Assembly: GCA_965655095.1 (NCBI GenBank)
Contig: OZ296648.1
Location: 139,314,001 to 139,378,000, forward strand
Source: Haplodiscus bocki
Taxonomy: Eukaryota
DNA: 64,000 nucleotides
Direction of reading: 5' to 3'
Position numbers and translations under genes: made by a program. The first letter of the stretch is position 1, and each line of letters starts with the position of its first letter. The notes under the pieces were generated by a model. It saw nothing but the letters and a program-made list of their open reading frames with translations, searched no databases and had not been told where the DNA came from. Shown piece by piece: positions 40,701 to 52,700 of this stretch.

Positions 40701-43700
40701 GTTGGCCAGTTTCATATGATTATTTCTAACTTTGACAATGCATAGCTGAGAAACAGTCGCGCTCGTTTACTTCACGATTACGTAATTTGACAGTTTTTAA
40801 AGACATTGCTAGACAAAAATGGCTAACTATGACTTCCAAAAAGCATTAAATTTGATCGAAAATTCCAATTTAAAGGCAATTATGCAGCATTTACTTAAAA
40901 AATTAGAGGAGAAGGACGATCAAATTCGGTTATTAACCAACCGTGTGGTGGATTTGGAGCAGAGGGTGAATGAATGTGAGAAGTATTCTTCGAAAGATAG
41001 TATCATTTTTGACAATTTACCTCTGCGAAATGATAATACTCCTCTGTCTCACCAGGTATGTGACTTTCTTCAAAAATATTTGAACTTCACCACGCACCCA
41101 CAAAATTTCAAAGCGTGCCATGTGTTGGGAAAGTGGAAGGACACAAATTCACCACCAGGAGTAATAATAAAGTTTTTGTATTACGGTGAAAAAAATGAAA
41201 TATTCGGTCGCAAATCTTGGTTGGCTGGGATCAGAAACCCTCTCAATGGGCGTCCAATATTCATGAAAGAACGGCTCCCCCCTCTTCAGCGAGAAATTAA
41301 AAAGGAAGCTGACCAACTTGGATTAATAACAACTACTATGAACTGTGATGTTAAAGTTTTCAAAAAGTCAGATGACAATAAATTCATGCCCATTGTTGTG
41401 AATTCTCTGAAAGCTGTGCACGACATCAAAAACACTGCTGTTAAACGAGCTAACCGTGGAACAAAGGACAAACCGCCAGTCAACCACACTCCCTTGCTTA
41501 CATGTGGTACTTCAAAGCGTCCTCGCTGCTCCCCTGGTGATGGGAATATTGAAAAATTTGCATGCTTCGAGAGTTCTACGAAAGCCAAAACGGATATCCA
41601 TAATTGCGGTCAAACTTAAGATAAAGTTTTTGATTTAAGCTATAAGTGAACGTAAACACGCTATTTTTATTTTACCAAAACTCTAACAAGTTTGACTGCA
41701 ATCGGTATTACATCCAATTAACCAATCAAACTAAACTTAAACACATTTATTTTCAAATGTTTGGAAACCTAAAACATTGTTTTGATCCGATAGTCAACAA
41801 AGACACCCTTTTTTTGAAAAAAGTACGACTGAAATTATCGCAATTTTGCGGAATAGTTTTTAAGGTAAGACATTACTTTTCACGTAAACAATTAATAATG
41901 CTATACCACTCTTTTGCAGTTTCCGTAATACAATATGGTGTATTAATTTATGGTTGTACCTATAAACATCATCTGAATGAGATATTAAAACTTCAACGTA
42001 GAATCATTCGAGCAATATTTTATCTAAGGAAAACTGACTCATTAGAGCATATTATACAAGTTAACAAACTTTTCACCGTATTTGAACTTCATGTGCGAGA
42101 AGTGTTTCGAGAAGTTTTTACGAACTTAAGACAAGGAACATTTTGGACAAAATACAATTTCACTTCAGATAGCAGTCAAAAACAAACTCGATCTGTATCA
42201 AAAGGAAAATTGAAGATGATATCTTCTCGAAGTAATGTTCGTAAACATTCCATAGCTAATAAAGTAGTCAAAGCATATAATATCCTTCAAGAATGCGACT
42301 CAGACGTTACAAAATATCGTGATTTATCTGAAGGGGCCTTTAGAGTTTTTTTCAAGAAATTTTTCGAAAATTATATAGTCGGTGCATCCGATTTCATTGA
42401 TCTGTTTTTTTTTAAAAAGTTGGGTTTCGGATCCTATATGAATTCTAATAATATCACACTTAGGTTTCCAAGGGGGGCCACTCGACGAGAATTTATTCTC
42501 TTTGGTCCTCCATGTTGTTGACTAATTTACCAATAATTTGTAAACTAAATAGTGTTCCTGTAACAAAGTCATCAACTAAACTAAATTCAATTCAATTCAA
42601 TTGATGAAGAAGATGGTCTTGGAAATGGAATAATTGGTGCACATGAAGCGATCTCTGCGGAAACAATTAATGAAAAAGCAATTCCTTAACATCAATGGCT
42701 GCTTTTCAACGAAGTCACAGCTCCAAAAGAGGCCAGACAGAAATTCGTTTACACATTTTCTTACTGTAACAGGAACAGGAGAGCCGTTGACAAAGTAGTT
42801 CAAGAAATTCCCTTGGGACCCAGCTGTAGAACAGGCAGATGTTTCCAAATCGAATGGCGCATATTTCCGGCGAAGCACAAGCAGGGTGTAACAGTACATA
42901 AGTTCCAAGGCTTTACTAAAGATTTGTCTGAACTTTGTTTCCAATCGACTCTCAAAGTCAACGGACATGCATATCTTGGCTCGACATGGTGCAGATCGAA
43001 AATAGTCGACTCTCCCTGATGACTGAGGATGACTTTAGAGTGGATGAAGATGTCCTGAATCAAAATTGTCGTCTCTTTTCCAAACAATTTGATTTAATAT
43101 GCTTTCCCCTGGAAAACAGTGCAAACGTGAAGCTTTTATTCTATAAAGTGCATGGCCAGCGTGCCCATCTTACTGATGCATTACTTGGTGCTGTATGAAA
43201 ACTTTCACCTCATTATTTTAATGTTACGGTTGCTTCACAATATCGGATCATAAGGATAATTAATTATTACCGAAATACAGGCTAGAGTTAGTCAATTACT
43301 TGCAGGACACTTCACTGCCTTTTAGTGGAATGTGTGCCCACATGAAATATGCAGTACTATAAAGCAGAATCTCCATTCCTACATCTGTAAACGGAAGTGT
43401 TCAGTTGCTGCCGATCAGGTCGAAGTTTCAGTCCAAAAATTTTTCAAATTAAATACTACATACACGTCCCAGATTGACGTCTTCACTCAATCTCTAATCT
43501 GCAAGGAGATGGCAAACCGACGAACCAAATCTTGACTTCTTTTTTGGTGATTGTAATGTGAAAACATTGCTGTAGAACGTTCTTGTTCACGACTAATCAT
43601 ACTTTTGAACCAATAACGATATGGCCTAATCACAGAAAAACTTCACCACTGCTCGGTTAACCCCTTTGGATATTGCTTATTCCAAGATTCCTTTTGTTGC

Positions 43701-46700
43701 TGGTTGCCTTGAAACGAACTTTCGTTTTCCTATGAAGATATTCATAGAACTTCCATGATTTGCAACGATCCCCTCAAAGTTATTTTGGTTGACTATACTT
43801 TTGACGGAAAATATGAATACGATTTATGAAAAAAAAACAATTCCGTTGATTTCGTTCTCTTTTAATTTATGATCTTTTTTCACTTCTTATCTAATTCCAG
43901 GCGAAAAAAATTGAGTCAAATAAATCAACATGCTTACAATTTGCAGACTTTGTTTTATAAACAAGGAAATAATTTAATATACTTTCCCAGCATGAGCTAT
44001 GCAGGTGAAGGGAAAGGGGTTCTCCCCCACACCATGACTCATCCGAGAACTGGAATTTTAGAATTCAACAGTTAGACCAATAGCGTCAGCTGTTTGAACT
44101 GATACAAAAAGAAGAGGTTCGAGAATGACACTCGAAAACTAGCTAATTTTTCATTCAATACTCAAAAAAAACTCCCGAAGAAATACCGAAATATGCTATT
44201 CCCGATAATGCACGGTTTGAAAAAAAAAGATTTGGTTCAGGTGAATTTTCAACAAGATAATAAAAAACTTGGGGAAATTCAGAAAAAAACGAACGTAATT
44301 CCCGAAGGTTCCTCTTGCTCATAAGCTGGACATTCTGGCTGGCAAGCAAGCACGCTGAGAATATTTGCAGCAAAGTACGAGTGCAAAAGGAAAAATAGAC
44401 TAATTGCAACAAATTAATGAGAGGAAAACCAAAATGTGCATAAATAGGCATCAGTTGAATCAATCCAGACATACTAAGCTTCCCATAAAACGCCAAAAGG
44501 AAGCAGTTGAACGTTTAGTAAAGGATAACAAATATATTGAAAATTGAGCAGCTTCGACAACATGTGACTGAAAAACAATTAGACATAGGGTGCTGAAAAT
44601 AAATGCAAAACTGCTTGAAATACAAGCACCAACAAAAAGTCCTTCAATTGAGCACTGGATGGAAAATAATCAATTGGTAGTTGAAGATAAACCTTTTTGC
44701 AAAAAGACTAAAAAGAGCATGGCATCCTTCTCAAGTGATGTTTTGATCAGCGTTTTCAGGAAAAAAGGGGATATATCATACGATATTAAAAAATTGTCAA
44801 AGTCTGGTATACTTGTATCAATCTAAAAAGAACAGGATTCCAATTAGGCAAAAGATCGACAGAGTTAATTGATAGTCGAAGGGAAGAGCAAACTGGAATA
44901 AAAACATGGTCATAGGACAAAAATCCACAACCAAGGGCTTCGAAGAAGTGCTTGCGTCAGCACTCTGAGACACCGAAACGCAACCTCAAACAGATCCATA
45001 CAAATCAAGCTAGATTTGAGGACTTTCCAAAAGAACCATGTTGAAAAACGAACCAACTCGTAGTTTTGAAGCAGAAATGGCCCTCTATTTCGAAACCTAT
45101 AACAAAAACTCGACTTACCGGTTCACTAAAATGAACTCGCGAATATAAAAAACTACAGATCAAGCTACGAATGAAACGAATTGAAGGGTTAGTTTAGGAG
45201 ACAAAAACATCAAAAAAAGACTCCCAACAAAATCATAGGCACTGGTAAAGATAAGTGGGACAAAAGTAATGAAAAAAGAAACACAAGCTACAAAAAAGTC
45301 CAGTTATAGGACTTCAGATAGAGAAGACTGTCGGCTGAGCCGTAAATAAGAAGGACACAGCGGCAAGCTCAGGAGCAAAAGTGTCTGCAAACTTGAATAA
45401 AATTGGCATTGATTGCAATCGTCGCCATTTTTGGGGCATAATCGTTGGAAAAAGAAATAAAAGCACGGAAAATTGCGCCAAATAAGTGAACATACAGAAA
45501 AAACAAAATCTACTGATTAAAACCTCGAATAAATTAATTGAGTGGGCAGTGCAGAAAAAGCCTTCAAAAGCGACTCAAACCGAAATCATTTGCAAGTGCT
45601 GAAAAAACTGGTCCCTAAATTATCCATAAATTGATCAAAACAACTCAGAAAACTGTTCAAGATGAAAAAAAATCACATTTGAAAAACTGCCGGTAAATTG
45701 GTAAACGAAAAGGATTGAGTGCGTAGTTAGCGAGAAGGATTTTGAAGTTTGCTAAAAAATTGGATTTGTAAGCATTTGTGGCAATATATGTAGAACACTT
45801 TCGAAATATGGTGTCAAATCCGGGCAAAAGCTCTACTGGAATTAATCTGTACAAACTAAGCTTTCAATCAAGCCTTGGTTCAAAGGAATTGGATGATTAG
45901 TTTCAGACACAAATCAATGGGGGAACAAAAGGAAGTACCATCACATGCAAATGTCCTAAGTTTTGGATCATCAATTCTGGAAAACAGAACTAGAACTCAG
46001 AAAGGTGCTCCACTTAAAATAACACACATATCAAGACCTTGAGATTAGGCCTGAAGTAGAAAGGAATTGAATGATTAGTTCCAGAGAAGCATTTGGAAAA
46101 TGACCAAAATCGGCATATGCCATTGAGACACGGTTTGGATCTCCATGTCTAAATAAACATAAGATCTTCGAAAAAGCTCAACTTTCTCCATGAATCATTC
46201 TACATATAATGAACTTTCAATAGGAAATAAAAATGACTTAAAAGACTAGTTTCAGACTGTCTAAAAAGTACTAAAATCAGCCTTTTAGGCTATCGTTTTC
46301 TGTCAGATCTAGACCACAATAGCGGGACGAAACAATACGGCTCCACGCGCAGAGAACTCTCGGAAGCAATGCTAGCTTTCAGTATACCTTTAATGGAAAA
46401 AAAACGAAAAACCTATCTCACAAAAACAAATTTGAAAAGCTGATTTTCGACAAAACTGACATGCAAAAGTAGCTATATGATATTCAATACCTTATCGGAA
46501 ATCTTTGTGCTCGGTCAAAAAAGCAAACCGATCAGATTGCTAACGGAAGAATTTTTAACTAAAAATCAAAACATTTGGCAAGAAATTTGCAAAACTTTAT
46601 TTTTTTTCATTTTGCAACTGATAGCCAAGAAGACTGATCACAAAAACTTTTTGCAACGGCATGAAAAAAGTTAAACTCTAGCAAAAACGCTAAATTGCCA

Positions 46701-49700
46701 GAAAGAGCGCATGTTTTGCGAGTTGGAGATTCACGGAAAAAACGAATACTCGCTTCACTTGCTCGATCGTGAAATCGATTAGAAATCAAATTTTCTCAAT
46801 TTTGATTTAGAGTCAAACGAAACACAATGTAACTCCACTAATAGAAACCCTCAGAAGAAGTGAGCAAATCAAGGAACCTTACACGACACAAAATCTAAGC
46901 TCACGGAAATGGCAATTGATTCCGTCGGACGGTTATGAAAAAATAACGCCGAAACTTGTCTCGAAAAATCCACGATTTCAAACTTCTTGAAAAATTGATA
47001 CACTCAAAACTTGCAACAAAGAGCATAGCAGCCCAAGGCGGAAAAAACTTCGGAAAAAGTTTGGGATAATGATAGGGCCCGCTTTTATATCTTATTCCAC
47101 TATCCCGCGTATGGGGAGGAATGAATTCAAAGATCCCCGGGATGTACACCCTTATAAGGATATTGACTTGCGAAAAAAGAAAAAATTCAAAAAATTTGTT
47201 GACTTGAGCATCTCGACCTTTATTATCATGGTCCAGAAGGCCCATTGCTGTGATAAACTAATTGAATAGCTAATACGTCTAGTGGTTATCAGTGGCGCTA
47301 GCTATTTTATACGTGCTATCTTATGTATGAGCCAGCGGGGCATGGTTCAAGCAATGTCCCTTCAAAACCCTACAGACGAGTGAAGTTGAAGACATGGATC
47401 GAATATCGCGATGACGGATGGGAAAGAGTGAGCAACAGCTTCTGCTTATCTTCCCGAGTGGCGTTTCTTGAACCAGAAGCACATTGTGAGAGCCGATAAC
47501 AGAACACTCTTCTCTCAACTGATATCCTTGCCGGGAACAAGAACAAACTGAACTGCCGCAGACAATTCACATCTCTATTCATGATTCAATGGAACTGACC
47601 GTTCTAAAAATAATCAGACAACTAGAAAAGTCAACTTAGGAAACGATCATGAAGACTTTCGATAGAGCCCGGGTGAAGATTAAGAAAGACGTTGAAGAGA
47701 CAATGCGGAGCCAAACATCAAACAATACATGGAACTCAAAATGTGGTGTTAAACTGAAGAGCTGGAAAAGTACTATAGAAGGGACATTATCCGTTCTTTG
47801 CAGTGGAAGAATATGTGAAGGCTGAGAAAGGGTGCCAAATGGGAGATTGTAACGTCAACTATATTGCTAATATTGCTAAAAACACTCATGAGCAATTGAA
47901 CTGAACGACTAGTCAATCGCACATCGGCTGTCAGCAAAGTCAATCTCCTGAGCATAAAGAAGGAATTAAGAGAATCTGCTAACTTTCAAGATATCCAAAT
48001 CCACGGAGATTTGACCCTGCCAAGTCAACGGTTCCCAATCACATGACACCATAAATGAAAATGCCCGGACCAGAAGGCTTCATCGATTTCCGGTTCAGTG
48101 GTGACAGCGGAGGGATCAAAGCTGACATTCTATAAGGTGGTAAACTACTGAACTATAAATTTTAGGACTTTAGAAAAAGCTTTACACCTCAACGCAACAG
48201 GCAACAAAAAAACAACAGTATGGATGCAATTCTGTTTTCACTTCTTGAAGATCTTTTCATAATGTCGAGGAATGTCAACCGGGTTTTTTAGATTGTTTGA
48301 ACAAAAAATCAGCTCAATCGCAACTCATTTCGAGGAGTTTGAGGCCTTTCTACTAATCAAAAATGTAAAACCGAGCGGAATTGGTTTGAGCGAGACATAG
48401 CTAGAAGATGATGTCCAGGTTAGGTTTACAAAGATGAAGGGTATACAAAACTTTTTCCATGTAATGGAAGCTGGTGTCCGTTGGCCTTATTTCAGATGAA
48501 AAGTTCAAATATCCAGTTCTTTCGAAAGACACCATTAGAAAATGGCTAATAATTGAGGTCTTGTTGCCTTTATATGTTGCAGTCATCCTTTCATATCTTG
48601 TGAAAAGCGTTATTAGAAAACTTAGTACTGCGAATGATTACTTGAAAAGTTAATGAGGATTATTAATCAAACTTTAAAAACAGATTTTGCAGGGTGACTT
48701 CAACATAGATTTACTCGTCGATTCAAAATATTCACAAGAGCTGATGGACATATCGAAGACTTTCTACCTAGATCTAAATAGTCCTCTTCAAGTAGCACGT
48801 GAACTTGGAAATTCAGATACCTGTCTCGATCATAACTATTCTGAAATACCGACAGTTCCAACCAAAACTCAGCCACTACTTTGACGCATCACTACTTTCT
48901 ACATGTGACCTTCGAAAAAACGATATGCCACGACACAACATCAAAACCTTATCGTAATAACAGCAAGCGTGTGAAAAACGACATGGTTAAAAATCATTTA
49001 TCTTGATATAAAATCCTGGTCACAATGACTGAGATAAAACTAAGTTGAATGATGGTTTCCTTGAGTTTGTAAAATAGCTGAAACGAGTGTGCCGTATTTA
49101 AGCACCCCAGAAAACGGTTCAGTTCAATCAAAAGATCTTGCTAGATGATAAAAAACTGGAAAGTATCAAACGTGATATCCCGGTTACGACTCATTGTGCC
49201 GGAGCCTGCTATCGCATAAAAAAGCAAAAATCTGATTTGGTAAAGCACAGAAATGCCAAAGTTGCTGACAAGGCAAAGAAAGAAAGTCTACGTATAGATC
49301 AGTTACATCAGTTATCATGTTATTCAACACTTCCGTCGTTATATAAAATCTATAAATGGCAAGAAAGAAAATCCACTTTGAAAACCAAGACGTCTACTGG
49401 TTCAGATGATTTATCAAGTAAACTAGTGAAGCTCGCGGTGTCTGCAAAGGCCTTGTCACAAACACAATTAATCAACAGCTCTTTCGAAGCTCAATGTTTC
49501 GCGTACTCAATGAAAATATACAAAATTCTGCCTGATTACAAGACTGGTGGTATCAACAATTTTGAGAACTACAGACCAATTTCTTAGTTACCGGCCATGG
49601 CCAAAGTATGAGAGAGAGCTATTCAAAATCGAATGATGTCCCAAAAGTGTAGGTTTGACTTGCAAAATTCTAATCAGTTTGGTTTCGGCGGAAGTTCGAC

Positions 49701-52700
49701 AAAAGCTGCTTTAAATTCCGTAACTGAAAAAACTACAGAGTCTTAAGATTCCAAAAGTGCATCCTGTTACGTTTTCCTTGGTCTCCAAAAAGCGTTCAAA
49801 ATCATCAATTGAGAAGATGGCGATCAAAATCAAAGAATATGGTATCAGAGGCCCGATCCTAAACATTCTCAAATAGTATCTCAGTTGTCAGAAATAATTT
49901 TATGAGGTTGCTAGTGACGAGTTGTCCATGAGTAGGATTGAAAGTGCTGTTCCCTACGGATCAGTCACGGTTATAGGGTCAATGCTATTCTCATTCTTAT
50001 ACCCCCCATTATGCGCAATCAAGTTTGACGCTATTCACTGATGATAAAAAAAAGTCGTAGACACAACCCCAATTCTGAATTGTTCACACCTACGAGAAAC
50101 AGAAGCAACTGAGACTTAGATAAAACGGAACACACTAAATGTACAGTACTGCGAAAGAAAATGAACAAAAGGCTGTGAAATAGAAATGGGACACTTTAGT
50201 TTTTGTCGTTTTATGGTCAATGTAGGCAAGATATCCAGGGTTTAATTAATCCAACCTCTTCTCATTGTTTGCCACTTGAGATTTGTGCTAACCAACTTGA
50301 TTTCAAAAGCTTGAACATCCCGATATTAGATGGTTTTCAAACCCTTCCCAAACTGAGTCTCTACAATTATCTTTTAGAATATCATAATTGCTCATGTTAG
50401 AAACTTTATTTTAAACTTGTCTTGCTATGAATCGATATCTTATCACTTTGCGCCCATGGTAGTATCTTCGAAATTGCCATAAATTGAAAAGAGAATCGAC
50501 AAGTTTCATGCAGAAAGTGCTATACCCTGTCTTAATGAATGAAAGAGCAAATCTCTCTATCTAAACAGTCGATTTTTATGAAAATGATTGATTTTTTTGT
50601 TAAAAAGCATTTCTACCTTTCAGAAGTTGAGGGATGTTAGGCTCGAAGCAGAAATTTTTCCCAAAGGGGTTAGAATGCATTAAATAAGTCAAGATTTGCA
50701 AAAAAAACGACTGCTTCAGGAGTAAAACTGCAAGTCCCTATATTCTATTGTATTGATGCATTTTTTTTCAAACAAAAACCTTTGTAAACTACGTAAAGAT
50801 CTGAGAAACTTTTTCCTCAAAACTTTTCGTAAAATGGCTAGCTTTATAAATAATCAACTGTCTCATTTCTTTTTCACAGCCTCCTAGTACATTTCTTTAT
50901 CACAGTATTGTAGTTTGGATAAATGAGAGGCAGTTATATTTGCTATTAATGTTCAATAAGGAGAAAAGTCGGGCGATCTCGGAGCTACTACAAATACTTA
51001 CCGCAGATATATGGGGTTTTAGATGACAAGCTGTCACTCAAGGACCATGTTTAGAATGAATAGCTAGCATAAATATTATTCTATAATTATGTCATTCTGG
51101 CTACTTACCAAGGGTCAACTATTGACTTTTTACAATACCCATACGAAGCCTATCATTAAGTACGGAACTTTAGTCAACGTGTGCACTAATTTTCAAACCT
51201 CAAGAGCATCATGAAACTTCAAAAAAGAAAAGTTCGAGCTAAATGTTTCCTTACTAAGTATGGCAGCGTTTCCGAGTTCTCGATGGTAAATACAATTTCA
51301 GCGCTGTATGATCTTCACAATTTTGAAGTCTTATCTTCAGGCGAGTTCTGCGGGACATTTAAGCGTGAGAACTGGGGGACATGAAAACAGTTTTCAGAGT
51401 GAAAAGTAACAGAGAAACCCCAACAAAAGCAACAAAGCCAACCACAGGATCGACCGATCGCATATTAGACATCGTGTTTCCAAACTTATATGCTCTTCAC
51501 AAGCATCAAAAGATTAATCAAAAAAGTATGTTTTTTATATATCAGCGAGCAGTTACATTTCAAGCGAACCCTTGTCAACATTTACGAATCGATTTACAGG
51601 AATACGCAAATTATCAAAAGTAAATTCAACATACGAATCCATTTACCGGAACAACAAAATTATCAATTTTTTAAATCAAGTTCAGAACCGTGCTCAAATA
51701 ACGGAAAAGCACCAAAAACAAAAAGAAGATCACATAACACCTGCGCCTTTGATGATTAAGAAAAAGAACTTTGAAGTTCGTATTAAGCTGTGTGAGGCAT
51801 GAACACACTCAACAGTCACTAAACAGTTCACTCAATTTTCCTTTGAATTTATTCAATTTGAGGTCAACCGCGCGTAATGATTCGTCAGTTCCATTGGTAA
51901 AAACAAGAAAATTGGACCAGATACTAGCGAAACCAGCACCTTAGCGCGATAAATTTGTGAGACTTGATTTACTACCAGATAAAATGACCCTCAAATCTTT
52001 TAATGATTATGAAATTCAAAAAGTTACGTAATTTTTCCAGTTCTTACATACTGGGAAACTAGGAGTCAGTTAAATTTGTGCATGATTTTATTTGTGATCC
52101 TGATTTTAGTTTCGCTTTTTCTTCTCAGTGCGGATTTCTGAGACTTCTTGGGCGTGTTTCCGTGATTTGCACAGCTTTTCACTAGATATTTTTTCTCCCG
52201 CGTTATAGAGTTCCCATGGATCCCTGTCTATGTTGTAGACTCAGGGGCTTGCTGAGTTGTTCATTAGTTGGACAAGCTTCACTGGATCCGATTAATTCTA
52301 CAGGATCGTGAGTTCCGATAGTGATTTCAATTTTCGGAGCCAGTTTTGGACATTTGCGATCACTTTGAACGTCTGGCCAGTTGACTGACCTGGAAGTGCA
52401 GCCATGCAAATAAGGCAATGACACCTTCAAAGTTGGAATAACAGCAACATATGAAAAATGGCAAAATGATTTTTACCAAATTCGCCATAGTTAGACTGGC
52501 TGGACCTCAGAAACTCAGGTTAAAACGTCCCATTCCCGTAAGAATGGAACTCTAGAATATCCTAGAAAAACTAACCAGCAGCAACGTCCGCTTAGTGCAG
52601 GAGCCAACTTCTAGGCTTATCGAGCTATTAGGAAAATTACGATAGGCTCTTAAATATACAAAAAAATATCAAAAAGTTTCATTCATGTCAGACACCCCTC

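Larger units (their letters stand above)
40736..42600 (+). mobile_element. Internally deleted L2/Crack/CR1-group LINE (1865 bp), non-autonomous
   Basis: Removing it and one copy of the flanking TTGA (40732-40735 / 42601-42604) restores the helicase motif SNFDEEDGLGNG. It contains ORF1, a mini-ORF2, a 3' stem-loop (42472-42511) and an (AACTA)/(TTCAA)n tail ending at 42600. Confidence 0.9.
36380..43300 (+). mobile_element. Decayed autonomous Helentron/Helitron2 (OTU-Rep-helicase-APE), interrupted by a LINE
   Basis: Motifs occur in order across frames. OTU: RGNGNCLVEAV (~36475). Rep: AEKASFHSVFGG (~38930), LFKYTKLQTKQ, KKDM..SAEAHW (~39260-39340), HUH-like DLQFRGSHHG (~39540), QCHRH (~39726). 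Pif1 helicase: IVDF (~40122), GELLKLERV (~40250), MMRQ (~40380), VGQFHMIISNF|DEEDGLGNG (split by the LINE), TVHKFQG (~42890), GHAYLGS (~42962). APE-like start LLFYKVHGQRAHLTD (~43135). True termini not located. Confidence 0.82.

Noticed and set aside
44400-45400. Possible LTR-retrotransposon integrase remnant
   Set aside because: The purine-rich sequence looks coding-like, but no diagnostic motif could be read with confidence.
52081-52200. Minus-strand ..NPH*EEK..KIRITNKIM resembling a PUB motif
   Set aside because: It needs a stop and a frameshift and has no splice sites; the real PUB exon is at 29088-29163.
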